Below are positions 51,101 through 62,900 of a DNA stretch of 64,000 nucleotides, piece after piece. The notes under the pieces were generated by a model that was not told the origin of the DNA, searched no databases, and saw only the letters and a list, made by a program, of their open reading frames with translations. A program made the position numbers and the translations under genes. The stretch lies in NCBI RefSeq assembly GCF_006345805.1, contig NC_043017.1, positions 6,944,001-7,008,000 on the forward strand. Direction: 5' to 3'. The stretch comes from Octopus sinensis (lineage: Eukaryota). Within the stretch, counting starts at the first letter, position 1. Each line of letters opens with the position of its first letter.

Positions 51101-52062
51101 AACTTGGGCGAGTGTCTTCTACTATAGCCTCGGGTCGACCAAAGCCTTGTGAGTGGATCTGGTAGACGGAAACTGAAAGAAGCTCGTCGTATGTATATAT
51201 ATATATATATATGCTTGTGTGTCTGTGTTTGTCCCCCTACCATTGTTTGACAACCGATGCTGGTGTGTTTATGTCCCCGTTACTTAGCGGTTTGGCAAAA
51301 GACACCGATAGAATAAGTACTGGGCTTACAAAGAATAAGTCCCGGGGTCGAGTTGCTCGATTAAAGGCGGTGCTCCAGCATGGCCGCAGTCAAATGACTG
51401 AAACAAGTAAAAGAGTAAAGAGAGAGTAATGTAGAGGGTGAGGGTGGATTTGGAAAGTGATTAAAAAAAAAATGGTGATGAGGTACCAAAACTTACCTCG
51501 ACTAACAGTGGCTGGAGATTCATGGCTGGATTTGAAGGAGAAAGAGGTAGAGGAAGAGTAGGTGGAGGGGACGGAGCAGCAACTGGAGGGGGTGCCGCTG
51601 GCAGGGACGGTACATATCTGCTAGTTGTATCTTCAACAACAATTTCAGAGTTCTCTCGTTGGCTTTTGATGGCTATTAAAACACTTTCCAGCCAATTGCT
51701 GACCACTGTTCGTTCTTGGTCTGAATTTGGCATCAACAACTCTACAAAAAATATAGGAAAAAATAATGACAATAATAATAAGTCCATGGCTATGTGGTTA
51801 AGAAACTTACTTTGCAACCACATGGTTTCAGGTTCAGTCCCACTGCACAGCATCTTGAGCAAGCATCTTCTATTATAATCTTGGGCCAACTAATGCCCTA
51901 TGAGCGAATTTGATAGAGGTGTGGAAGCCTAATGGAAAACCTCTATAATTGGCTGATGAGTACTCAGCATTTTAAAACTGTTGTATTACTTACAACATTT
52001 AATAAAATGATGTAGTACGAAACGATCGTACCAAATTACCAGAGTCATTCTTGTTGCTTATT

Positions 52063-52099
<37 letters not shown>

Positions 52100-52423
52100 T
52101 AGGAAGGGCATCCAACTGTAGAAACTCTGCCAGATCAGATTGGAGCCTGGTGCAGCCATCTGGTTCGCCAGTCCTCAGTCAAATCGTCTAACCCATGCCA
52201 GCATGGAAAGCGAATGTTAAACGATGATGATGACGATATATATATTATATATATAGCTGGGTGGCGTCATTCGAAGGCTAAAACAATGCAAACGCATTGT
52301 GACCAGCGATGTGTAACAACATCTGATGGTCTGGTCGGTCACGTGATCACGTGATATATATATATATATATATTGGATAATAAAACCAATGGTTTACACC
52401 TCCTATATTCCATCTTCCATCTG

Positions 52424-52457
<34 letters not shown>

Positions 52458-55400
52458 TTGAACTGTGTATGTGTGTGGTTATGTTTGTGTTGCATTTTGG
52501 TATGAAAGTGAAAGTAATGGGATGATAATTAATTTTAACTAATATAATATATTTATATATATATATATATATTTTTTTTTTTTAAAGAAAAATATATATA
52601 TAATGAGTTAAAAGAAACATATAAATAACAAACGAGAAACAGACATAACTCATCAGTTATTGGGTCAGTGGATCAAATGCAATTTCACCCATATGTCTAA
52701 ACACTCACACAGCCCACCCAGCTGTAAAATCGAGTGAAAAGGGACATAATCACGCTTTTTAAATCAAATGTTTGACAGAAGGGAGATAATCTCACATCAC
52801 TAAACACTGGACTCGACTGTGCTGAAAGCATGGGAAAAAAACACCCGGTTCATTCTGTAAAGTAGTCAGCATTAGAAAGGGCATCCGGCTGCAGAAACAT
52901 TGGGGGCCAGTGCAGCCCTCTGGCTAATCGGGTCCTGTTGAACCATCCAATCCATCCTAGCTTGGGATGCAGATGTTTGATGATATATATGTGAGTGTAA
53001 GCATGTGTATATATACGTATATATAGTCACTTATATAGTTAACCAGGTGACACACAAAGGAGTCGTACCCACCGACTGGTGTAGCAGCACCATAGTCAAC
53101 TGCTACAAAGGTAAAGGTGACACCTTAGATAGAAATAATTACAGAACTAGAGAAGTTTCAGGTGTGGAAGCAAGGTCTAGAATTGAAGTTAACCTAGCAA
53201 AAGCCAAAGTCGTAGTAAGTAGGAAGGCGGACAAATCACAAATCCCTTCAGGTAGATGGTCCTGCTCAATCAGCAGAAAAGGTGTAGGTAGACACTCCAG
53301 AAGATCTACACAGTGTAAGCTATGGACACATAAGAGGCGCAGCAATATCAGAGGAAGGTTAATAGGAAAGATAGTTTTTGTGTGTGGAAGGTGCACAGGT
53401 ACAATAAACACAAAAAACGTGCAGAAAATAGATTCCATAATGTGCCAGGAGGGAAAAAATAGAAGTAGTCGAGAGCTTCCGTTACCTAGGTGACCACATC
53501 AGTAGCAGGGGTGGATGCTCTGAGAGCATAGCTGCTAGAATAAGAATAGGCTGGGCAAAGTCCAGAGAGCTCCTACCTCTGTTGGTAGTAAAGGGCCTCT
53601 CACTCAGAGTGAAAGGCAGACTGTATGATGCCTGTGTGTGAACAGCCATGCTACACAACAGTGGAAACATGTTGCTGTGACTGCTGGGGACGTGTGAGCC
53701 TGTAAGAAATGAAGCTTACTTGTTCTGCTGGATGTGTAAGGTCAGAGAAACGTTGGACATGAGAAGCATCAGATGTGGTGCGCAAGAGGGACGACTGCGT
53801 TGATATGGTCATGTGATGAGTATGGATGAGGACAGCTGTGTGAAGAAGTGTCACATTTTAATGGTGGAGGGGACCTGTGGAAGAGGTAGACCCAGGAAGA
53901 CATGAGATGAGGTGGTAAAGCACGAACTTCGAATGTCGGGCCTCACAGAAGTAATGACAAGCAACCAAGATCTTTGGAGATATGCTGTGCTTGAGAAGAC
54001 CCATCAAGCCAAGTAAGATCATAGTCGTGGCTGATGCCAATGTTGTTTAACTGGGCCATTAAAAGCACCCTTCAATCGTTGGGTGATATACTGTGCTTGT
54101 GAAGGCCTATCAAACCAAGTGAAATCATAACCGTGATGGATGCCAGTGCTGTCTGACAGGCATCCATACTGGTGGCACATGAAAAGCACCATTTCTGCAT
54201 TGGGCCTCATGGAAGCAGTGACCTCAAGCCAAGTAAGAATGTAGTCATGGCCAATGCCAATGTCATTTAACTGACCCATTAAAAACACTCTTCAATCGTT
54301 GGGCGATATGCTGTGCTTGTGAAGACCTGTTGAACCGAGTGAAATCATAGTTGTGGCACGTGAGAAGCACCATTCGAGTGTTGGACATCACGAAGGTAGT
54401 GACAGGTGACCAAGACCCTTGGCGATACACCCTGCTTGTGTTGACCTGTCAAGCCAAGAGAGACTATAGTTGTGGCCAATGCCATTGTCAGATCAACGGC
54501 ACCCATGCTGGTTCCATGTAAAAAGCACCCACTATACTTTCGAAATGGTTGGTGTAGGAAGGGCATCCAGCTGTAGAAACCTTGCCAAATCAGACTGGAG
54601 CCTGGTGCATCCCCCCCCCCGCCGCTTCCCCTAGCTTACCAGTTTTCAGTCAAACCATCCAACCCATGCCAGCATGGAAAGCAGACGAACAATGATGACG
54701 ATGATGATGATGATATTATCCGTGTGGTAAGCTTTCTACAGCCGGATGCCCTTCCTGCTGCCAACCCCCCACCTCTTCCCAAGTGAGGTAGTTTCTTCCC
54801 TCCTCCCTCTTTGGAGGCACAAGCACTTCCACACACATGTACACACACAACAGAAACTTCCGCCAACCAAATTGAATCACAAGGCTTCAGTCAGCCTAAA
54901 GCTACAGAGGAAGACACTTGCCCAAAGTGCCATGCAGTAATATGAGTATAAAGATGCACAGATAGACAGACAGACAGACAGAAAATAAGCAGGTGCGAGG
55001 GGTTGCTGAAATGGCCCTGGCTTTAAGGGTATCACAAAAGGCCTGGTTGGAGGCCCAACCTCCCAAGTTCTTTTACAGGGCTTAGAAAAACTGAAGGACT
55101 GCTGTGATAAGTATGTGAATCTGAGAGGGGAATATGTCATCATCATCATCATTGTTTAGCGTCCGCTTTCCATGCTAGCATGGGTTGGACGGTTCAACTG
55201 GGGTCTGGGGAGCCAGAAGGCTGCACCAGGCCCAGTCTGATCTGGCAGTGTTTCTACAGCTGGATGGCCTTCCTAACGCCAACCACTCCGTGAGTGTAGT
55301 GGGTGCTTTTTACGTGCCAGACGAGGCTGGCAGGCGGCCACGATCAGATGGTGCTTTTTACGTGTGTTGAATAAAATCATAATTAATTGAACACCCTGTA

Positions 55401-55737
55401 TTTAACTTTTTACCCAAAGCCAAGAACTTTTCAGCACCCTCTCATAAACAGCTAGAAAATAGGCATGGATGTGTAATATTGAGACAGAAATCTAGAGAGG
55501 GGGAGTAAAACCTTAGCAGTTTTTTTTGAAAAACAACAACGTGACCTGAGCTTATAAAAGAGCCTGCTTACCACACCAGTCGCAACATTTGCCTTGCAGC
55601 TGTTGGAGCTGTTCAAGAGCTTTCTTCAACGTATCATTCTCTTCTTCTAAGTATTTTATTTTCTTCTTTAAATTCTCTTTATTATCATCATCATCATCGT
55701 CTTCTGTTTTTATGTACATAACTTGAGGTTCTGACAT
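45041..55737 (-). CDS. BEN-domain (BEN-solo) protein, 226 aa, 4 coding exons: join(55572-55737, 51497-51741, 46117-46234, 45041-45192)
   Basis: Exons of 166+245+118+152 = 681 nt. Introns are GT-AG with compatible phases 1, 0, 1. The spliced protein reads MSEPQVMYIKTEDDDDDDNKENLKKKIKYLEEENDTLKKALEQLQQLQGKCCDWC-E-LLMPNSDQERTVVSNWLESVLIAIKSQ...Pro-rich...NPAMNLQPLLVE-LVDAMFTRDELVAASGLGLRTQKDKQHTPLDRKKLTAIK-E-FLAEFSDRKNIKMMDSRTFRVTVGNKITNARRNLRNEFKIDQIAANISS*. The motifs LVDAMFTRDEL, PLDRKKLTAIKEF and GNKITNARR follow the BEN-domain pattern as I recall it. Orthology is not determined. Confidence 0.88.
46117..46234 (-). CDS. BEN gene exon: BEN domain core
   Basis: Acceptor ttttttttttctactgttgcAG|; donor AAAG|GTAATC; 118 nt, phase 0 to 1; encodes LVDAMFTRDELVAASGLG...PLDRKKLTAIK. 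Confidence 0.9.
46358..46840 (+). mobile_element. Old CR1-clade LINE 3' fragment containing a 172-bp templated insertion
   Basis: Diverged ...RKHFF...AEAWNKLP... region, 3'UTR and (TAT)n tail. Confidence 0.75.
46905..47410 (-). mobile_element. Younger CR1-clade LINE 3' fragment, tail-to-tail with the previous copy
   Basis: LPYSERL...TLKLRRLAADL...RGHIYKVRK...RKHFFTLRIAEAWNKLPASVV...FKTSM; (ATT)n tail. Confidence 0.85.
49030..49413 (+). mobile_element. Non-autonomous Helitron, same subfamily as 32193-32586
   Basis: Colinear with the 32-kb copy; terminal CTAG mutated to ATAG. Confidence 0.8.
51497..51741 (-). CDS. BEN gene exon: amphipathic helix, Pro-rich linker and start of the BEN domain
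   Basis: Acceptor ttcctatatttttgtAG|; donor GAG|GTAAGT; 245 nt, phase 1 to 0; open frame matches ORF 51461..51889. Confidence 0.88.
53040..54715 (+). mobile_element. RTE-like LINE, 5'-truncated and internally deleted, with PHD-like Cys motif, repeated 3'UTR and (GAT)n tail
   Basis: VPTDWCSSTIVNCYKGKGD...RNNYR; FRYLGD; GRGRPRKT*DEVVKH; the 3'UTR ends ...CATGGAAAGCAGACG-(ATG)n. Confidence 0.8.
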
Positions 55738-55741
55738 TTGC
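55572..55741 (-). CDS. BEN gene exon containing the start codon (ATG at 55737); acidic stretch plus coiled coil
   Basis: Acceptor tttttttttctgtgttatctctttgaacAG|gcaaATG; donor GTGTG|GTAAGC (phase 1); heptad pattern LKKKIKYLEEENDTLKKALEQLQ. Confidence 0.85.
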
Positions 55742-56239
55742 CTGTTCAAAGAGATAACACAGAAAAAAAATATTATTGTTGTTGTTGTTGCTGCTGTTAT
55801 TATTATTACTGTTGTTGTTGCTGTTGTTGTTAGTGGAGGCAGCGAGCTAGCAGAATTGTTAGTATGTTGGGCGAAATGCTTGGTGGTATTTCGTCTGTCG
55901 CTACGTGCTGAGTTCAAGTTCCGCCAAGGTCAACTTTGCCTTTCATCCTTTCAGGGTCAATAAATTAAGTACCTGAGAAACACTGGGGGGGTTAATGTAA
56001 TCAACTAGTCCCCTCCCCTAAAAAACTTCAGGTCATGTGCCTATAGTAGAAAGGATTTCTGCCATTACGTTCTGAGTTCAAATTCCGCCGAGGTCGACTT
56101 TGCCTTTCATCCTTTCGGGGTCGATAAATTAAGTACCAGTTACGCACTGGGGGTCAATGTAATCGACTTAATTCGTTTGTCTGTCCTTGTTTGTCCCCTT
56201 TATGTTTAGCCCCCTGTGGGTAATAAAGAAACAAAAACA

Positions 56240-56273
<34 letters not shown>

Positions 56274-56506
56274 GAAGCAGCGAGTTAGCTGAATTGTTAG
56301 CACGCCGGACAAAATGCTTAGCAGTATTTCGTCCTTCTCTATGTTCTGAGTTCAAATTCCGCCGAGGTCAACTTTGCCTTTCATCCTTTCGGGATCGATA
56401 AATCAAGTACCAGTTGAGTACTGGGGTCGATGTAATCCACTATCCCCTTCCCCTACATTTCAGACTTTGTACCTATAGTAAGAAAGAATTATTATTATTA
56501 TCATTA

Positions 56507-56537
<31 letters not shown>

Positions 56538-56545
56538 TATTATTA

Positions 56546-56585
<40 letters not shown>

Positions 56586-57475
56586 GGCAGTGTGCTGGTC
56601 GAATTGAAAGCATGCCAGGCTAAGTGCTTACCAGCATTTTGTCTGTCTTTACCTTCTGAGTTCAAATTCCACCAAGGTGGACTTTGCCTTTCCTCCTTTC
56701 ATGGTTGATAAAATAAATGCCAACTGAACACTAGGAGGAGGGGGGGTGTCAGTGTAATCAACTTAAACTCGCCCCCAAAATTGCCGACCTTGTGCCAAAA
56801 TTTAAACCTCAACTCTAGACTTTATGATTGGGGAAACAAGCTTCTTAGCCTCACAGCTATGCCTGTGGCTATAAAACAGGTCAATAACATAAACTACTAG
56901 TCACGTACTAACGATTGCTTACATCAACTGTACTCCTCATCAAATTTGCAACTTTCAGGTAAAGCTAAAAATCATTATTAATTACAAGGTGAAGGCGGCG
57001 AGCTGGCAGAATCGTTAGCGTGCTGGACAAAATGCTTAGAGGTATTTCACCTGTCGTTACATTCTGAGTTCAACTTTGCTTTTCATTCTTTCAAGGTCAA
57101 TAAAATAAGTACCAGTTGCATACTAGGGTCGATGTAATCGACTCATCCCCACCCACCTCCCCCAAGCTGCCCTTGCGGCAAAAATTTGAAATAATTATTA
57201 CTTATAAGGTGGCAGAATCGGTAGATCACATTTCAGGTTCAAATCCAACGAAGACCAATTTTCCATTTCATTCTTCTGAGGTTAATAAATACCGGTCATA
57301 TACCAGGGTTGAAAACATTTGTGGGCTCGTGACTATATTAGAAGAAGGTAAATCCCGCCAGAGTCAGCTTTGCCTTTCATCTTTTTAGGCATCATCATCA
57401 TCATTTAACATCAAGATAAACAATGCCAAATTTCAGGCCTCATGCATTTAGTAGAAAGGATTATTATTATTATTA

Positions 57476-57510
<35 letters not shown>

Positions 57511-58122
57511 GGTGGTGAACTGGCAGAATCATTAGCATGCCAGGCAAAATATTTAATGGCATTTCATCTGTCTTTACGTTTCTGAGTTCAAATTCTGCCA
57601 AAGCCAACTTTGCCTTTCATCCTTCTGGGGTCAATAAAAGGAGTACCAGTCAAACACTGGGGTCGATGTGACTGGCTTGTCCTCATCCCATAAAACGGCT
57701 GACCTTGTGCCAAAATTATTATTATGATTACTATATCGTTTTATCAGTATTAAGGACTGGCATGTAGCACATTCCCAAGCCACCCAGTTTTAGTTACATA
57801 ATTATAAACAACAGAACTGAACCAACCAAAGTCAGATGGATGTCATACAAGCGACAGTGGAAACATCACAATGATGATGATGATGATAGCCGTGCAAGTA
57901 CAGTTGCAAGTGGTGATGGTTCTACTGGTGACAATTATGGAATGAATAGTCCTGACAAGTGGTACCAATTACACCCTCCCAGCCATTTTCATTAAAAATT
58001 TTTTTTGCTTTGTTTTAATGAAGCTATATTTAAAACATGCCTTTTGATGTGACAGACATTGTTAATATTATCCTTGTTAGAGAATACCATAATTATTATA
58101 TATATATGTGTGTGTGTGTGTG

Positions 58123-58154
<32 letters not shown>

Positions 58155-58511
58155 TTTAAATTTATTTAAAGACTCCGCCGGTTACGACGACGAGGGTCCC
58201 AGCTGATACGATCAACGGAACAGCTTGCTCGTGAAATTAACGTGCAAATGGCTGAGCATTCCACAGACACGTGTACCCTTAACGTAGTTCTCGGGGATAA
58301 TCAGCGTGACACAGAGAGTGACAAGGCTGACCCTTTGAAATACAAGTACAACTCATTTTTGCCAGCTGAGTGGACTGGAGCAACGTGAAATAAAGTGTCT
58401 TGCTCAAGGACACAACGCGTCGCCGGGAATCGAACTCACAACCTTACGATCATGAGCCGAATGCCCTAGCCACTAAGCCACGCGCCCTCACATATATATA
58501 TATATATATAT

Positions 58512-58690
58512 AGGGAGAGTTTACGAAAATAACAAAAGTCGAAGACAGGTGGTGTACAAAACAAACACATGTATTAGTATAATGCTCAGGAATAGAAAAA
58601 GTCTTTTACGTTTCGAGCGTACACTCTTCTACAGAAAGGGACACAGAAAAAACAAGGAGAGAAAAAAATGTGTGTAGTGGCTAACGATCT
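58512..58690 (-). mobile_element. Second copy of the hammerhead-bearing short element
   Basis: Shares gtttacgaaaataacaaaag...gtattagtat..gctcaggaatagaaaaagtcttttacgtttcgagc...aaggagagaaaaaaatg with 9618-9850; adjacent to (TA)n. Confidence 0.5.
58602..58639 (-). ncRNA. Second copy of the minimal type I hammerhead-like motif (A6U core variant)
   Basis: Minus strand CCUUU-CUGUAGA-A-GAGU-guac-GCUC-GAAA-CG-UA-AAAGA, in a homologous element. Confidence 0.55.
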
Positions 58691-58703
58691 ACATACACAC
58701 ACA

Positions 58704-59952
58704 CAGGGTGCGGTGAATAAATTGTCATGTAAATAACACTGACATCTCATTTTAACAGATATATTTACCAAAATTACATAAAAATATCTTGAACTATTAA
58801 AGAGTAAATTTATTCAATAAAATCGCCATTGGCTTCAACCATGGCCTCCAGACAACTTTGGAATCTCCTGCAACTCTTCTACATGATCTCCTTGTTACAG
58901 TTGGTGAATGCTGCCATAATCCTTGCCTTCAGTTCACCTTTGGTCTTACAAGTTTTGTTGGTCTCTCGCTCAACTGCCCCCCACACGTATTAATCAAGGG
59001 AGTTGCAGTCTGGAGAGTTAAGTGGCCAGGTCTTAGGGGTGATGTGGTCACAGAAATTATCTGACAGCCATGACTTGGTTCTCCTGCTTGTGTGGCATGG
59101 TGCAAAGTCCTGTTGCCAGACATAGGGTCTTCCAGTGGCCACCCTGTTGACCCAGGGCAATACCACCTCCTCCAGGCACTTGATGTAGGCCTCCGTGTTG
59201 AGTCTGAGGCTAAGTGGGAAGATGGATGGGGGCATAACATCGCCATCACTAGTGATCACTCCAAACACTATGATGTTGACTGGATGTTTGATTTTTATCA
59301 CTCTTGGTACATGTCTTGGGGACACAACAAGCCAACGGTTGTTCTGTATATTCATCTGATCCTGGCAGAGATTTTTCTTGTCTGAGAAAAACCAAAGCAT
59401 TTCAGTTGGAGGGGATGTTTGAGTTTGTTCAAAAACTTTGTAGCATGGTCTTTCCTGTTGCCCTTGATGGCTTGAGATAAAAATTGGCCCTTTCTCATCT
59501 TGCATGAGGAATACTGAATGTCTTCATGCACTACCTGCCTGATAAGAAACTCAGACACTCCCATATCCATGGCAATGGACCTGATTGACATGGAGGGATC
59601 GATGTCAATCATGGCCTGGATCTCACCAACCAATTCAGGAATTCTTTTCTTATCATAACAATCAGAATGCGTTTTTCAAGCTGCCGTATCTTCGTAATCA
59701 CCATTAGACTCATTCAACCCTTTCCAAATCCTCTGCGCTGTCCTCAGATTAACACCCAAACACCCTTAAATGTTCGTATTGGAGCTTCTGGCACAAATGC
59801 CAAGCAGTACAGCATGTAATTTCCAAATTTCTGGCAGAATGAATTGCATCAGGGTGCTGTGTTTCTCACAGACAGTGCCCAACTGACCCTACTATACTGT
59901 GTAGTCAACAAAATCAAAAACAAAATGGTGACAATTTACTTTTCACACCCTA
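58704..59952 (-). mobile_element. Tc1/mariner DD37D (maT-type) transposon, near full length, inactivated
   Basis: Motifs WFFSD, WQQDFAPCH and SPDCNSLD, with 37 residues between the second and third Asp. Imperfect TIRs (C/T)AGGGTG..G..TAAATTGTCA. Frameshifts and stops present. Confidence 0.88.
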
Positions 59953-60520
59953 TGTATATATATAAATGTGTGTATATATATATAGGTGCATGGGTCAGTG
60001 GTTAGAGTGCTGGGTTTACAATCATGAAGTAGTAAGTTCAAGTCCCATGCTGGACTCTGTGTTGTTCTTGAGCAAGACACTTTATTTCATGTTGCTCCAG
60101 TTCACTTAGCTGTAGAAATGAGTTGCGATGTCACTGGTACCAAGCCTGTATCAGTGTTTGCCTTTCCTTTGGATAACATTGGTGTCATGGAGAGGGGAGG
60201 CTGGTATGCATGGGCGACTGCTGGTCTTCCATAAACAACCTTGCCTGGACTTGTGCCTGGGAGGATAACTTTCTAGGTGCAATCCCATGGTCATTCATGA
60301 CCAAAAGGAATCTTTACCCATTACATATATATATATATATATATATATACAGGCACAGGCGTGGCTGTGTGATAAGAAGCTTACTTTCCAACCACATGGT
60401 TCTGGATTCAGTCCCACTGCACAGCACCTTGGGCAAGTATCTTCTACTATATCCTTGGGCCAACCAAAGCTTTGTGAGTAGATTTGGTAGACAGAAAGTA
60501 AAAGAAGCCTGTCCTATGTA

Positions 60521-60557
<37 letters not shown>

Positions 60558-61513
60558 GCATGAGTGTATAGCCCCCACCACTGATGTAAGCACACCAGTT
60601 GGTGTTGGTGTGTCTATAGCTTCGGGAGACCAAAGTCTTGTGAGTAGATTTGGTAGACAGAAAATGAAAGAAGCCCATCATATATAACATATGTGTGTAT
60701 TTGTGTCTGTGTTTGCCTCCCCCCCACCCGCCCACATCACTTGACTACTGATGTTGGTGTTAGCAGTTCAGCAAAAGAGACTGATAGAATAAGTACTAGG
60801 CTTACAAAGAATAAGTCCTGGGGTTGATTTCTTTGACTGAAGGCGGTGCTGCATACATATATACATATACATATGTATGTATCTTTTATTCTTGTTTCAA
60901 CCAGAGGCTGAGGCCATACTACAGCACTGCTTTTTATACATACATGTGACAGGCTTCTTTGGTCACCTCATGGTTGTAGTAAAAGAAACTTGCCCAAGGT
61001 GCCACAGAATAAAATATACATACATACATATGTATATATAAATATATATATATGTATCTTTTATCTGTAACTTGTTTCAGTCATTAGACTGCGGCCATGC
61101 TGGGGCACCGTCGTCAAGAATTTTTAGTCGAATGAATCGAACTTGGTACTTATATTTTTCCCTTTTAAAGCCTGGTATTTATTCTATCAGTCTCTTTTGC
61201 CGAACTGCAAAATTATGGGGACGCAAACATGCCAACACCAGTTGTCAAGGGGCCGGAGGTAGGGAAAGCACACCCCATACACACACACACATGGCGGGCC
61301 CCTTTCAGTTTCTGTCTATCAAATCTACTCGTGAGGCTTTGATCAAGCCAAGGCTGTCATAGAAGACATTTTGCCCAAGATGCCACGCAGTGGGACTGAA
61401 CCTGGAACCATGTGGTTGGGAAGAAAGCTTACTACCACACAGCCACGCCTTATTTTATTTTTCAGCTTTCAAGCCATGGCTGAGGTTATGCTGGGGCCAC
61501 TGCCTTTTATATA

Positions 61514-61556
<43 letters not shown>

Positions 61557-62134
61557 TATATATATGTATATAGATATATACACCTCATAGGCTTCTTTCA
61601 GTTTCCGTCTACCAAATGAACTCACAAAGTTTTGATCAGCTTGAGTCTATACTAGAAAATACTTGCCCAAGTGCTAACAGTAGGGCTTGAACTCAAGACC
61701 TTGTGACTGGGAAGCAAGATTCTTAACCACAGTCACGCCTGCACTTAATCAATGACTGTCAATATCCAAATTCGAACTCTACACCTCAGCCTTGCTTTCC
61801 ATTCCAAGTGAGCGACAATCCTGGAGGCAGCGTAGTAATGTATTCTGTAAACGTTTCGTCAAGTATAATTTTTAAACGCCTTAAAGGAGAGATAAAATAG
61901 TGAAATAATTTATAATTATATAAAAATATTAATTCTCAACTTCTAGAATAAAATAAATTCTTGATTGGTCACATAGACACAATTTTTTTTTCCCTTTTTT
62001 TAATACTTTTTTTTCACAGATTTCAGAAGTTGGAATAACATTGAACGATTTAAAATAATTAAATAATAATAATCTCATCCGCCGTGAAAATAGGAAAGAT
62101 ATATATAAATATATATATATATATAATATATATA

Positions 62135-62174
<40 letters not shown>

Positions 62175-62733
62175 ATTTTTCTTAATAAACTCAGCCATGT
62201 TGCAAGTTGACCTAAATTGAAATAGCAATTGTTAGCATGGTTGTTTAAATCTTGCTATCTTTTTTTATTCTTATTCCTAGACAATCGGTAATTCGCGTGT
62301 GTTTTTCTTTTTTAAATCTGTTCCTCCTTTCTCTCTTTCGTGTAATTAATTTTCTTGAAATACGTGATTTAATATATATATTTTTTTTTTTTTTTGTTAA
62401 ATATAAACACACATAACGTAACAAATGACTAATGTATTCAAATGGACTGAATTTTCACTCGTTGCGAATGCTAAGCTCAACCAGGCAACTATGTACGGAA
62501 TGCTAAAGAAGGCTAAAACAACAGGGCAAGAACTACAGATCTATTATGTTGCCGTGGAAGCTGTAGTCGGTGTCTTAATTCTGCTCTAACTGCAGCAGCA
62601 GCGGTATCAAATTGAATATCATGTATATATTTATATATATATATATACATACAGCAAAATCTTGGCCGTCTTAGACATTTATTATTACTATTATTATTTT
62701 CTCTGGGTTTTTTTTAGATGAAGTTCTACCTAC

Positions 62734-62900
62734 CTTTGTATGAATGACTGTTTACTGAAGTGCAGCTAACTGGAATTGCTAGTAGTACTGTGTGTATTAT
62801 ATAAACTGCTTCTTCCGGTGGTAGCAAAAGCCCAAAGAACTGGTAGTGTTTTGCTTAGCTCGTCAACCCACCCGCGACCCTCAATATCAATTCTTTTGTC
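62734..62900 (-). other. Candidate non-coding 5' exon of the BEN gene (5' boundary unknown)
   Basis: Donor CAAAG|GTAGGT at 62734/62733. If spliced to 55741, an in-frame TAG lies upstream of the ATG, consistent with a 5'UTR. CpG-containing sequence lies around it. Confidence 0.35.

Noticed and set aside
57800-57965. Protein-like plus-strand frame (RWMSYKRQW...DDDDD...)
   Set aside because: Weak splice signals, antisense within the BEN 5' intron, and the acidic run is a (GAT)n microsatellite.
62140-62228. Alternative BEN start exon (TTTAG|...AACATGGCTGAG)
   Set aside because: The frame runs into a (TA)n tract with no nearby donor.
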